DNA of 64,000 nucleotides from Octopus sinensis. Its lineage: Eukaryota. Below, in pieces: positions 12,481 through 25,814 of this stretch. Both the position numbers and the translations under genes were made by a program. Where the stretch lies: assembly GCF_006345805.1 (NCBI RefSeq), contig NC_043001.1, positions 54,684,001 through 54,748,000 of the forward strand, written 5' to 3'. Numbering within the stretch: position 1 is the stretch's first letter; the number at the start of each line of letters is the position of its first letter. The notes under the pieces are model-generated. The model was not told the origin of the DNA. It searched no databases and was given only the letters and a program-made list of their open reading frames with translations.

Positions 12481-14280
12481 TTTTTTTTTATCCATCCATG
12501 AGTTCACAAAAATTGATTTACAAGAGAGAACTAACAATATAATCAGATACCATGTATTGCATTTCGAAAAGTAAAGATGTAACTTTTCAATGTTGTAAAA
12601 CAAAGAATTGTCAGGATAAAACATTAGAGTCAACGACTATCAAACTTGGTGTATAAGAAAATTGGACATTTCATTCTTTATGAGCTGATATTTGAAATGA
12701 GACCAGGTTTCAAATTGTCAAACCAGATGGTGCCATGAAATAGAAAATGTCCTAGGAGACAGCTCATATTTATATTTATTATAGCTGACTTTAAGTTTTT
12801 ATCAAATCTACCACATGTTCAGGAAGTTTGTGTTGAAAAGAAAAATTGTTTGTTGACCCTACATAATCAGAATAGGGTTTATGACAAGGCATAGGTCATC
12901 AATGTGATAGTGTTGATTTTTGAATTAGTGGTTTCTGTCCTTTTGGGTTTGCATACATGCATATTCATGTACGTGTGTGTGCTAATTTCTTTTATGTAGT
13001 ATTGTAAGGACACATAAATGTTATTGATTTCATGAGCTCTCATAAGTCTGTTTAATGAAGCTGTATGTATGTGTGTGTGTGTGTATTCATATTTATCTCC
13101 TATCCAGTCTTGATTGCTAAACAATCCAACCATGACTAACCATTTTTATTTCAGACTTATTGGTTCAAGACTTTATTATCCAGTATTTTCTTTTCTTCCT
13201 TAAGCTGTTAGGTTGTGAACTGAGAGTGATTTGGCTGCTATTTCTAGCAGGTTGACATACTACTTGATGGTTTCCACTTTTGTAGTTAGCACAAAAGTTA
13301 GTTTCATATAGTGTTGTCTTACATATAAAAGCTCTTATCAACTTCCCATTAATATCATGTGTCTGTTTAATGGAGTAATGTGTGAGTGTATGTGTGTATC
13401 CATACACATTCACATTTGTGGTTGTACATTTTTTGGATAGAATTCCATTTCCCCCCCACATATTTTTATTCATATTTGTATTTATGAATGTGCATTGAAA
13501 AATAGTGGCACAGGCATGGCGGAATGGATAAGGAATTTGTTTAGATTCACAAAGTTGTGGGTTCAGTCCTACTGCTTGGCACATTGAGGTACTGACTTCT
13601 GTCATAAGCCTTGGGTCAACTTCCATCCTGTGAATGAAATCCTGTCAGATGGATTGCATCAGTGATTCAGAAAGCCAGCCTTGTGATTCCCTGTGTCAAG
13701 CTGATTTCACCTGGAGATTACATTAACCCTTTAGCATTTAAACTGGCCATATTTGGTCCAAATGTTCTACTTGTTTTAATTTCAAACTGGCCAGATCTGG
13801 CCTTTCACACCTACTGTACAATGTCATTCTAAAAATAATTAATCATATCATTGAAATGTTGAAGCTCCAAGATTATGCAGAGACAAAGTATTCTGAATGC
13901 TTAAAGGCGAAGGGTACATATGTCTGGAATACTCAGCTATTTGGAAACTCTATAATTTAATGAGTAGCTAGGCTAGTCGATTGAACAGTTAGAATATATA
14001 TTGTTAAAACTGATGAGAGCTCCATTAACTTGAAATTGTATATATGGTTTTGTGTGTATGTATATATGTAATATATATATAAGCATGTGTGAATATGTAT
14101 ATTTATACACACATATACCTCCTGGTTGTGTGCATATGGTGTGAAGCTGTAGCAACAACCAGCATGTAGCTGTTTACCACTGTCGCTCTTCTTTATAACT
14201 CCTTCCAATTTTATTCTCCCTTATGCATATTACAGAAACGTGATGTTTATAACAAACACTTTATAAAGAATGTTAGCTAA

Positions 14281-14690
14281 GGTGTAGGAGTGGCTGTGTG
14301 GTAAGTAGCTTGCTTACGAACCACATGGTTCCGGGTTCAGACCCACTGTGTTGCACCTTGGGCATGTGTCTTCTACTATAGCCTCGGGCCGACCAAAGCC
14401 TTGTGAGTGGATTTGGTAGATGGAAACTGAAAGAATCTCGTCGTATATATATATGTATATGTATGTGTGTGTGTGTATATGTTTGTATGTCTGTGTTTGT
14501 CCTTCCAACATCGCTTGACAACCGATGCTGGTGTGTTTACGTCCCCATAACTTAGTGGTTCGACAAAAGAGACCGATAGAATAAGTACTAGGCTTACAAA
14601 GAATAAGTCCTGGGGTCGATTTGCTCGACTAAAGGCGGTGCTCCAGCATGGCCACAGTCAAATGACTGAAACGTGTAAAAGAGAGTAAAA
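14281..14690 (+). mobile_element. tRNA-derived SINE, family A
   Basis: A-box-like TGGCTGTGTGG, B-box-like GGTTCAGACCC, internal (TA/TG)n, 3' end gtaaaagagagtaaaa. Confidence 0.85.
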
Positions 14691-15140
14691 GCGTATGGAT
14701 TACAATTTTGTATACATTTTTCAAAATTAAGAAAAACTGCAATTATATCTCTCATTTGGGAACAATGAACGAATGTGAACAAACATCCATGAAAATGATA
14801 AGAAAGTAAAACAAGGTCATAACTACAAAATCAGCATCCCCCTCCTCATCAACATCATCTAACATCCATTCTCCTTGCTGGCATGGGTTAGACATCATCA
14901 TCAACTTATTCAAAAATGAAGCATTAATTCTCAACAGCTCTTAGTAAGGAATATAACCCCAATCATTAAATATCTTAGCAAAAATTAAAATAGAATTAAA
15001 TAGTCTTATTAAAAGTCAATAATGTTTGTATTGTTTTTATATTAAATCTTTTATATTGTATAAAATTTGTTAAATACAACTATATTAAAATATATTTTGA
15101 ACAAGAATTGAATGGAGCTAAAGGACTTGCCTGGTATATC

Positions 15141-15527
15141 TTCTATCTTTTATTTGTTTCAGTCATTAGACTACAGCCATGCTGGGGCACTACCTTGAAG
15201 TATTTTTAGTTGAATTAATTAATTGCCCCCAGTACTTATTTTTGTTAAGCCTAGTACTTATTCTATTGGTCTCTTTTGCTGAACTGTTAAGTTACAGGGA
15301 CATAAACACACCAACACTAGTAGTCAAGCGGTGAGGGGGGACAGACATTGACCCAAAGACACACACACACACACGGTGTGGGCTTCTCACAGTTTCCATC
15401 TACCAAATCAACTCACAAGGCTTGGATTGTCCCAAGGTTATAGAAGAAGACACTTGTCCAAGGTGCTACATGGGGACTGAACTCGGAACCATGTGGATGA
15501 GAAGTAAGTTTCTTACCACACAGCCAC
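15141..15527 (-). mobile_element. tRNA-derived SINE, family A
   Basis: Reverse-complement copy of the 14281/57436 family. Confidence 0.8.
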
Positions 15528-17029
15528 CCTAGTCATGGAAAAATTGGTGCATTGAATGTTAATTGCTGCACAACTCCATGACCTCAACTACTACAGAACT
15601 GGGGAGCCATCTCCTAAAAATCAGCTTGTTGTAATATAGTCTTCATTGTTTTGATATTGGCTGAAATCTTTAACAACTGATAATATATTCCATTTTGTTT
15701 TTCCCTCTTATTCAATAGTGTGTAGGGAAATTTCATGTTTTGCCATTGAGAATCTGTCATAAAGCCTGACAGTTTGGAGTCAGTCACAATAATTTATACA
15801 TACTTTGAGTAAATGGATCAGCCATCAGTTTTAACAAATATTCTTTTCTAATTGTTCAATCAACTAGCCTACCTGCTTATTAAATAACAGTTTATTTAGG
15901 TGACTTAGTATTCCGCAGGCATATGTATCCTTAGCCCTTTAGCTCTCAGATTACTCTGTCAGATGTAGTACTTATATATTCACATTGTTTTGAATTAATC
16001 ATACATAAACCCATAGCTTCAATCATCTCAAGAATATGGGATCAGTTTTGATAAAAACTTCGTCATCAGTACAGAAATACACTGGACAGTGGAGAGAGTG
16101 CATCTTCAGCAATGCATGCTGATGGGTGCAGTATGGTTCTCAGCTGTGTGGAACCATAGTATATTTGGAACAATAAGTTTGGGTGGTTACTCTTGATCAT
16201 TCAACTAATTATCTGTGTGTCATAGGTTTGCTTGATCAGAGCTGACCTGGGGCTATACAACATCTTGTAACCTCCGCCTCACCTGGCATGCAGAATTACC
16301 CCACTCAAACACTTTGAACCATCTATTCCCACAAGAATGGTTACACAACATCACTCTAAAAATATTTTCTTTCCCACTCAGCTCTGACACATCCAAGTTG
16401 ACAGAGTTGCAGCATCAATAATTTCATTTGTCCCAAGTACTGTAATAATTGAATTATTTCATTTTTTAACAATTCTATTTCCCTTTACCAACAAATTTTC
16501 GGCCTTATAGATTTATTCATTAATTCTGTTATCACTGCGTTCTCAAGTATGCTGAAGGCTATACTTCAACGATGTGGTCAAAATAAGACTTGAACATGTC
16601 TCTCTTACATGCTGGAAAAATGAAAATAATAATCATTAAGTAATATTATTTTTGTCAGTTTTGTCAATGAACAAGTCGCGGTCTCAAAGCAACGAAAATA
16701 TGTTGATAAATTAAATTTAAATGTTGAAGGGAATCGAACGGTTTTTGTGTGTTTCTTAAATGGCTTATAAACACCTTCCATGCTGCAATTGTTTTTGTTC
16801 TAGCACACGATCTCAGATCAAGTCACTCGCTATGCAAGTACATCTCCGTAATATTCTTTTTGTCTCATTTCTATAAATTCATTTCTAGTTTGTATTTTAA
16901 TGCTCTCTGTATTTAGCATGTTGACGGATTTCCCTACTGACTATTTATAGTGTTGACTAATAGACAAGAAATGTTGCAGAAAAATATTAACAAGTTTGAG
17001 AACAAAAAGATAACTAAATAGATATCTGT

Positions 17030-17236
17030 AAAACGGAAGTTAAAAATATAGTTACTCATGATTTAGACAGGCTTTCTATTTATTTTTCTTGTGATTATTT
17101 TGTGTCTGTTTTTTCCTTTTTTTCTTCTATTGAATTTCTGACGGATTGAACAATGAGATAATGCTGAGTGCATGTTGGTTGGTAATATTAGTAGAGAGAT
17201 AGAAATAGAGAGCTAGTAGATGTTGTTTAATCTCAA
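17030..17236 (+). promoter_or_regulatory. Candidate ATP7 promoter and non-coding exon 1
   Basis: The ATP7 coding exon has an acceptor, so an upstream 5'UTR exon must exist. Unique sequence with an ETS-type ACGGAAGT (17033-40), a T-rich tract and a donor CAA|GTAAGC at 17237. Inference only. Confidence 0.3.
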
Positions 17237-17618
17237 GTAAGCCTGACTGAGCAGATGTATCCTTTTCTCTGATATTGCATGTAGCTAGGACTGTATTATC
17301 CAATCAATGTTTAATCCTTCTTTTTTAGAAGATGGTAAGGTGTAATTTTGGGGAAACTTTTGGTTTATTTTTTGCAAGTTGACAGATCCCAGAAAGGCTT
17401 CTTTGTTAGGTTGAAAGGGAGAGAGACTAAGTGGAGGAATAGAGATGTAAAAAAAAAAAAAAAAAGGTGGAAAGATTGAGGAGTGGGCAGTGGGAAAGGA
17501 GAAAAATAGATACCAGAACAGTTTATTGGAAAAAAAGAGAATGATAGTTTGAAAGTGATGTGATAGAATAAATGATAGAGAGAAAAGGAACAAGAGAGGG
17601 AGAATGTGTGTGTGTGTG

Positions 17619-17954
17619 TATAAACCATAAAAGGATGAGGTATGAAAGGTGAATATATGTATTTAACCACTTGACATCCTTAGGGTTATAGGTGTTTCGC
17701 AGCCTTCTTCATGCAGTAATAATTTCAGTGTGGAATAAATTATGTTTACATATCTGCATTAATATGCATGGTATGCATTATACAATACAATTCTCTATTC
17801 ATAATCAATGTAAATAAAGCTAGCTAGCGTTAACATAATTTATTATACACTGAAGTTATTATTACATGAAGACTATGAAATGGCTGTAATCCTAAGGATG
17901 TGAAGTGGTTAAATGTATTCACCTCTCATACCTCCTGACTTTTTATGGTTTATA
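17619..17954. mobile_element. Fold-back element with ~80-bp arms whose core (17667-17908) looks like a TTAA-flanked MITE
   Basis: ttaa|CCACTTGACATCCTTAGG ... CCTAAGGATGTGAAGTGG|ttaa. The flanks 17619-17662 and 17913-17954 are also inverted copies of each other. Confidence 0.65.
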
Positions 17955-18049
17955 TACTCCTCACAAAATAATTTCATCTATTGGATCTCCTGGATTTCAC
18001 CTGCATAGAACTCTGCATTATACTCCTCCTGTATTGGATTACCTATGTG

Positions 18050-18232
18050 GTCTGTTAGCTGTCGCCAACACTACACCTGATTTTCTCCCCTCCATACACA
18101 CACAAGCATGTATCTGACTCATACATTGTTCGCTTTCCAGACATTTGTACATTACTGCATATACTCTATACGCACTTTCTGACAAGTTGTGATGCACCTG
18201 AGCACTGTAAACAATAATTTCATTATTATTTT
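18050..18232 (+). mobile_element. CR1/L2-type LINE 3' end
   Basis: Matches the reverse complement of 62598-62760 and ends in a (TAT)n-like tail. Confidence 0.55.
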
Positions 18233-18233
18233 A

Positions 18234-18454
18234 AACAAGGGGGTGATGGAAAGTTCCTGGCTTTAAGGGTATCACAAAAGGCCTGGCTGGAGGCCCAATC
18301 TTCTCAGTTCTTTTGCATGCCTAAGAAAAACTGAAGGACTACTGCAATAAGCATGTGAATCAGAGAGGAGAATATGTTCAATAAAATCATAATTAATTGA
18401 TCCTCCTGTATTTTCTTTTACCCAAAGCCAGGAACTTTTCAGCACCCCCTCGTA
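18234..18454 (+). mobile_element. Internally deleted mariner (MITE)
   Basis: TIR consensus TACGAGGGGGTGCTGAAAAGTTCCTGGCTTT at both ends. Internal remnant LKDYCNKHVNQRGEYVQ* resembles a mariner C-terminus. Confidence 0.8.
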
Positions 18455-20178
18455 TGCATGTGTGTGTGCATGTATATATTTGCGAGGATGATCCGGTTCT
18501 TGACTGAAGATTGAGGGCTTCGAATGTCCCGTCTGTGTTTTTTGTATTGTCTTCTAAATGTTTTGTGTTCTTGTCCCAGTTTGTATTTTTTTACATATAT
18601 ATATAAAGAGGAGATTGAATGAGTGATTAAATGAAAGAATTAGAGAGGTAAAAGAAAAGCTAGAGAAAGATGAAATGAGAGATATAGAGACAGAAGATAA
18701 AATGAGATCCCCTGCGAGATATTTTATGACCTAAGAGGAATGATACACAACAGTTTTATTCAATGTTTTGTTAAAAAGTTACATATCAAGACAATGGGCC
18801 AGTAGTTTATGCAGAAATGAATGTTCTTTCTGTTATGTGTTAAGAAATGCAGTCACGAGCTCTTTACTATTGAAACATTCAAGTTTGTAAGCTGTACTAA
18901 AGGATGCAGTTTCAAGTTCTCTTGTGAAAAACAGTTGTTTTTATTATGTGAAATGTCTTTGATATTTAGTTTCCTTTAGAGGCTATTTTTGTGTTCTGCT
19001 CTACAATGACTGAGACATAGAGTTGTGTGAATGGACTTTGACTGTGGCAGTGAGAGAATGAATGAAAGACTGAGAAAAACAATGAATGTTATGACGCAGA
19101 TTGTGAGAACAACCACCACCAGCTAAGGTTGCCAGTACCACATCTCTCTGCCTTAATCTAGTTAAATAAGCTCATTTATAGCTCATTAGCTGACTGTGAC
19201 AGGTTACTGGCATTATACTGATTGGCCAATTTTTTTATTGATATAGCCAATACAAAGACTCGAGTTAACTTTGTTGGATTGATTTGTCTTTTGGCACCAA
19301 TTCTAATGAGAAATGAATTTAGCCAATAACATAAAATATTAACAATTTTGGCTAAGACTACAATTACTGTTTCAATAGCTGATAAAAGTATGTATGCAGG
19401 TTTGGTTGGTTTTAATGAGAAAAACAAACTATGGAAGGCTAATGATGCTGAAAATCATTACAGATAAATGGAGAGGTAAAGGAATGAGATAAAAATGAGA
19501 GCTTGAGGAAGATGAAATGAGAGCTATATACAAAGAGGAGGTAATGAAATGAGAACTGTATGTGTGCAGAATAAGAGAGATATGAGCAAAGAAATAATGA
19601 AGCTCATAGAGGTAAGTACTGAGTGTATGTTTAGAATTTCAACACTACAGCTTCAGGGAGTAATAATGCTGTGGGATCAGTGAAGTATTTCATCCCATTA
19701 GAATATGGGTGTGCTGAAAACATCAGTTTTTGTTTTCAAAATATATATGAAAAAATAAATTTAGTCTCTGATCAACCCTGATAGAGCAGTTACATGGTCA
19801 AAGTCTTCCATGCCACCATACTGTCTCCTTTTTATTTTATTTTTTATTTAAATGTAGTGTCTCTAAAGAGGACTACACTATCCAGTGTATCCTTCTTTAC
19901 TTTAGGTAGGATTTGAAGGTTTGGTTGCTATATCTAGCAGATTGGGTTATTATCCATAGAAACTGCCTCATTGGATCACCTTGAGTGTACCCTGTTTTCA
20001 TTTTGTATTTTGTTCTGTTGCTGTTTAGCCTCCCAGTTCAGGCCTTATCAAGCAAACCCATGATAAAGGCATTCTATCCATGACTATCCTGTCTTTTTCT
20101 TTATCTACATGTTCTTTCAGTTTTAAGGTGGTAGAATTTAATTTGAGGAAGATTTGGTTGCTATCTCTTGCAGGTCAA

Positions 20179-20367
20179 CCCTTTAGCATTTAAACTGGCC
20201 ATATCAGGCCCAACTAGATCCAGCCTCTCATACGTACCCTGCAATGTCATTCTGAAAATAAGCCATCGCATCATTAAAATCTGGAAGCTACAAGATAATT
20301 TAGGATCATTTCAAAGCAATATGGATAAAAAGGCATTATATTTGACAATAATCTGAATGTTAAAGGG
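20179..20367. mobile_element. piggyBac-type MITE (CCCTTTAGCATT family)
   Basis: TIR CCCTTTAGCATT / AATGTTAAAGGG flanked by tcaa/ttaa. Other copies at 4851-5070, 13727-13906, 48969-49190 and about 56680-56900. Confidence 0.75.
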
Positions 20368-20665
20368 TTAAGGAAATGCATTGAGGTTTTATTTGATGTT
20401 GTAAGAAACAATGGTTGTATCATTACAATGTGTTGATTACCTGTTGAGTGACCATTGTTAAGTGAGTCCTATAATGGTACCAGATTAAAGAATACAAAGA
20501 AATCTTGTATTACCTTTTTAATTTGTACTCATGTGGGTAAATTGACGTTAAAACAATGAGATTATTATGATGATGATGATCATGATTACCAGTCCTGCCA
20601 CTTTACTATAGCCAATATTTTATTTTTACTTTATTTTTTCAGGTCTTTTATAAAAGGTGGTTACC

Positions 20666-20770
20666 ATGGAGAAATCGGCAGATATCAGCATTCAAGGAAT
20701 GCACTGCAATTCCTGTGTTGTTAATATTGAAGGCCATATCTCTAAAGTGAAAGGAATCAAACATATCACA
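20666..20770 (+). CDS. ATP7: First coding exon of a copper-transporting P1B-type ATPase (ATP7A/ATP7B family); N-terminal half of a heavy-metal-binding (HMA) domain
   Basis: Pyrimidine-rich acceptor ...ttattttttcAG at 20641-42, so the exon starts at 20643. In-frame TAA at 20651-53 lies upstream of accATGG (20666). 35 codons, MEKSADISIQGMHCNSCVVNIEGHISKVKGIKHIT, carry the GMxCxxC motif and end at a phase-0 GTAAGT donor (20771). Closely resembles ATP7A MBD1 ([31 protein letters not shown]|VSL). A stand-alone HMA protein cannot be excluded because the later exons are not visible. Confidence 0.85.
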
Positions 20771-21176
20771 GTAAGTATTCTTTTGTCCATTTGTCTGTCT
20801 GTCTGTCCATCCGTCTATCCCTCCCTATCTCGCTGTGATATTTATATTTGAACAATAAAAGCTAATCCGAGTCCAGTCAATGTCCTTACTATCACCTTTT
20901 AATATGTTTCAGAATAAGATTATATCTTAAGTAGTTTTATTCAACATCTATTTGTATTCCTTGGATTCATAGGAAGAAGTAAATGTATATTACTTCTCTG
21001 AGAATAATGATACATAAACTTCTCATTCCCAGTTTTCAAGTTGATAGGAACTTCATTAAAATTTCAGTTATCTTCTGAAGCATATACGTCATTTCCTCTC
21101 TCTCCGCACACTTTTTTATGATCACCAATACAAATCCTAAAAGCTCCTCTGAGTGATATATTTTCGTATTTAACTA

Positions 21177-21317
21177 TTAGGTTGTCCCAAAAGTTCGTAA
21201 ACACTTGAAAAAATTGAATTTTTACTCGCCAAGTACTAACAAAAACAACAAAAATTATTCCTCAAAATAAAGACCATTATTTTCCTAGACTTTCTACGAA
21301 CTTTTGGGACAACCTTA
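21177..21317. mobile_element. Mariner-derived MITE (MADE-like)
   Basis: TA|TTAGGTTGTCCCAAAAGTTCGTA ... TACGAACTTTTGGGACAACCTTA|TA; 21-bp perfect core TIR. Confidence 0.85.
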
Positions 21318-21501
21318 TATTAATTGGTCCTTCATTTTAGAAGGCAATGTTGAAACCAAATGTTGTTGCCCTTAAAATTATTTAGCAATCTGATCTAGGA
21401 ACCCAGTGAAATTCCTTTTGATGTGTTATACTCAGAGCTCCTCATAAAAGTCTGATACTCCCTAGCTGACAAAAAGACAGAGAGAGAGATATCGTATTGG
21501 C

Positions 21502-21802
21502 CAGCACTTCTCAAACTATCTGATGTGGCATACCAGCAGTTTTTTTTTGCATTGTTCCAGGGACTGGTAATATTTCTTAGTAATATTAATTTACACCAGA
21601 AACAATATATATAATGAATATAATAAAAGTTGACAATTTTAAAAATCTTATATTTATTTTGTAAACAAATAATACAATATTACATAAGCATTTTACAAGC
21701 ATGTTATAATGTTTCTTTCTTTTCTGGAAGCTTACCATGTACCGGCAGCTGATGGCTTGCGGACTGGAACCGGTCCACGGACCACCACTTTGAGTAGCAC
21801 TG
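21502..21802. mobile_element. hAT (Charlie-type) MITE
   Basis: CAGCACTTCTCAAAC ... CTTTGAGTAGCACTG; degenerate 8-bp TSD gtattggc/gaataggc. Confidence 0.7.
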
Positions 21803-22099
21803 GAATAGGCAATCCTCAACTAAAAACTTTGCGTGATACAATAACACACATACATGCTGTCTCTTGCACACGCACAAACACATAAATCAATGTCTGATCT
21901 GACTTCATAGTTCCCAGGTGCCCAGGTATAATATATATAGAAGCAGCTATAGCTGTATAGTTAAAATGCTTATGGCACGGCCACACGGTTTTTGGGTTTT
22001 GTCCCACTGCACAGTGCCTTGAGCATGTTTCTGCTACTATAGCCCCAGACTGACCCAATGTCTTGTGAATGAATTTGGTAGACAGAAACTGCAGGAAGC

Positions 22100-22140
<41 letters not shown>

Positions 22141-22674
22141 ATGCATACATATGTGAATGTTAATATCCCATACTTGTCATTGCTTGAGCACAATGAGGAT
22201 GCTGCTGACATATCTTGTTGTTATTATGATTGGTCATTCTGTACTTTTGAAGATGTCTGAAATGAAAAGAAATAAAATCCCTTCTTTGAAAAACAAGTAA
22301 CGGTTGGTATCAGGAAGAGCAGTACACTCTGCAGAGTGATTAGCATTAGGGACTGACACATGATGTCAGGACACAATCACACATACATATATACAATTAT
22401 GTATGTGTATACACTCAAAATTTAACTACATGTGGATTGTTGGTGATTTTTTTCCCCTCCTTCTTCCGTTTCTCTTGGACTTTCCTCTGTCTCCTTTTTC
22501 TGAAGAAGAGCTTTGCTCGAAATGTAAAACACTCTTTCCTTCCCTTTCGTTGTTGTTTATCCCTTGTGTTTTTTCTTCATTTTTTGGGGGGATTAATTAT
22601 GATTAATTTTGGGATTAATTATATATATGTATATATATTAGAAGGTTTGGAGGTGATGTACAGGTATTATATAT

Positions 22675-22850
22675 TAGAAAAAATAAGATACTCAGAAATC
22701 TGGATGGTTGTACATTTACAGATTTTTTATTAATATGTCACATATAATAAATCATATATTAGCCTAATATATGATTTATAAAAACATGTGACATATTAAT
22801 AAAAATCTGTAAATGTGCAACCATCCAGATTTCTCAGTATCTTATTTTTC

Positions 22851-22853
<3 letters not shown>
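22675..22853. repeat. ~180-bp near-perfect palindrome (88-90 bp arms, 1-nt spacer)
   Basis: Left arm 22675-22762 is the reverse complement of 22764-22853 with a few substitutions and indels. Confidence 0.9.
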
Positions 22854-22995
<142 letters not shown>

Positions 22996-23129
22996 TTAGA
23001 AAATCTCTATAAGAGATGAAAGCAGTAACTATACTGAGAAGTAATGTTTATTGCCATTTCATTGTGGCTGTTCTGAAGAAACTGATGTTTCTAGCATCTT
23101 GACTTGAGGAGGATGCCTGCTCCAGCTGG

Positions 23130-23765
23130 TTATTTAATACAATCTGCATTTGATATATTGCAAGTAAGGGAGTGAACCCCTACCAACTTCCGGGTGTTTG
23201 CTCCCCTACTTGCAGTATATATGTCTGAGAATTTAGTTTCCTCTTTGCTGAATGCTCCTTTTATGGTGATGCTGTTGATGACTGTAGACCAATTCTTGCA
23301 TAGAAGAGTCAATGGCATGGAGGATGAGGTTGATTTTCGATGAGCCTTTCTCTCCTATTGTTTGATTGATTCCTTTTTCTCTTCTAGTGGCTTCAAAGTT
23401 TTTGTTTCTTATGTTTCAAATGCTTTAGTCTCAACTCTAGTGGCTTTCAGTGTTGTTTTGAGTTGGTCCTTGTATTTTCAAAGAGGGCAACCTAGGGTTG
23501 GTCTTTTTCCTGAAGTGAGCTCACTGAATAAGATTTGAACCTTCACTCATCCATTATTGCTATATGTTCTATTGTTAATTTTCTGCCCTGTATGTCCATC
23601 ACTTCAGTGATATTGGGAATATCACTGGTGCATCCAGGTGAACAGTACCATAGAATTAAGTTTTCAGGCTTTAAATGTACTACAACTGCACTTATAGTCT
23701 GGAATTCTATGATTGTTAAAAGATGTTTCCAGGTTTCCTTGTCTTCTGTTCTTTTTATGTGAATT
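23130..23765 (-). mobile_element. Decayed RTE (BovB-like) LINE, C-terminal region
   Basis: Minus-strand translation includes ILFSELTSGKRPTLG...KYKDQLKTTLKAT, typical of the RTE C-terminus; many stops. Confidence 0.6.
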
Positions 23766-24442
23766 GTTTCTTTATTCCATTTTGAATTTATATATATATA
23801 TATATATATATAGATGTGTGTGTGTGTATGTATAGATGTGTGTGTATGTATAGATGTGTGTATGTGCGTGTGTGTATATGTGTGTGTGTATGTATACACA
23901 CACACACATATATATATGCATATATACACACATTCATGTACATACACACACACATATATATGTACATGCATATATGGATAGAGGGCATCAAAGAAATGTA
24001 AACAAAATGAGAAACGAGAACATAAAAAAACAAAAGCATAGAAAACGAACGTTTTTCGAACAACAAAAGAAACAAATAGAGAAACAAAACAAGCAACATA
24101 AAGAAAATTCCCTTCATCAGTTGTCCCGTTTTATCTATTCCGCATTTCGAAGGTAGAGACAAGACAGGATTTCATTAAAACAGTCCTCCCGCAAAGCAAA
24201 TTAAATAAAATTTGGGAATTTTTTGCAGAGGGTTAAAGTGGTAACAAAAACAGGACAGTATATACATGTATATATGTATGTATATTTCAGTTTCCTTCTC
24301 CCAAAACCACTCATGAGGCTTTTGATTGGCTCAAAGCTGAAGGTTTCGTACTGTGGGATGGAACCTGTGACCACATGGTTGGGAAGCAACCTTCTTAACC
24401 ATGGAGCTACCCCTCCACATATATGTGTGTGTATGTATATGT

Positions 24443-24481
<39 letters not shown>

Positions 24482-24928
24482 TGCTACATGTCTAATGATA
24501 ACTTTTCATTGACTGTTGTAAAGTTGCTTGTTGTTTTAATCATTACTAGAAATTTATAAAATATAGTTATTGTTGTTCTAGTTTTCGTGTAAAACATCCA
24601 CAGATCGACGTATCAGTTGGCAAGTATCATTTTATTTGTAGTATTCACAGTAGGTGAATATCTTGCAATCTTTCCATCAAACACTTTTTTTTTCCGTCTA
24701 ACCTGTATTTTTCCTGTGTGTTCTAATTATTATTTGCCTATCTGCCTGTTTGCCAGTGTGGTGCACACTTTTGTTCCGTTCTCCATAACTTATATCAAGA
24801 AATTTACTTGCATTTAATTTTAATTTTTTTTTATAAAGTTTTTAAAATAAGTTAAAATAAAAAAGAAATTATAGTAAATTTCCTTTGCTGTGTCATTTTG
24901 TGTATTAGATTTAGGTTCAGACATATGT

Positions 24929-24961
<33 letters not shown>

Positions 24962-24992
24962 CATATATATATATATACATATATATATATAC

Positions 24993-25035
<43 letters not shown>

Positions 25036-25082
25036 CAAATATATATATATATATATACATACACACGCACACACATATATAC

Positions 25083-25117
<35 letters not shown>

Positions 25118-25814
25118 TATATACAAATATATATATATACAAAGGTATGAGAGGTATTGGTATCCAGAAGACCCAAGGTGGCAAGTAATGCTATGTAGGT
25201 GCTATGGAAGGACTGTAATTAAACTCTCGTTTCGATAATGATATGAGTAGGGTGTCCAATGTGGGTTTTGTATGAGCATATATATGTTAAATAAAATGAG
25301 ACAACAAAGCCTTGGCTTTGTTGACTCCATACTTTCCATTTGTGATGACAACATATTAACTCCTATTGGAATTTACACACCACAGATAGGAAGCATTTCT
25401 ACCACTTCTACACACCACTTTTCTTGGATAATGGAACTGCAAGTTTCATGCTTTGGTAAAACTCCATGTATTTTAAACATTTTCTCATAAAGATTGTTCA
25501 GGCAGTGTTGCCGCCCTTAGCTAGGACTTCAAAATTGTGTGACTTGACCTCGTTTTCGAGGTTATTTTTGTTGTAAAAATGAGTTGTTGTGCAAAAAACA
25601 TTTTATTTGGTAGCCATAAGATTACTGAATCTTTTTATTCCTCTTACATCAAAATTGGCAACTCGGTTTTCAAATCCATAAGGATCATATGCACACACAC
25701 ACACAAACTTTGTCTTATATATGTATGGACTAACAATGCACCAGCATGAGTGCTTTTTATGACCACAGCACAATTGCTTTTTATGTGACACCAACATTAG
25801 TACTTATGTGGAAT

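Noticed and set aside
16660-16850. CpG-rich patch as a possible promoter
   Set aside because: It is a dispersed repeat, with another copy at about 6180-6290.
20771-20851. ORF-track extension of the HMA ORF (VSILLSICLSVCPSV...)
   Set aside because: Read-through into the intron past a consensus GTAAGT donor.
17000-21000. TGCRCNC metal-response elements around ATP7
   Set aside because: The few cores seen mostly derive from TG/CA repeats and are expected by chance; no cluster.
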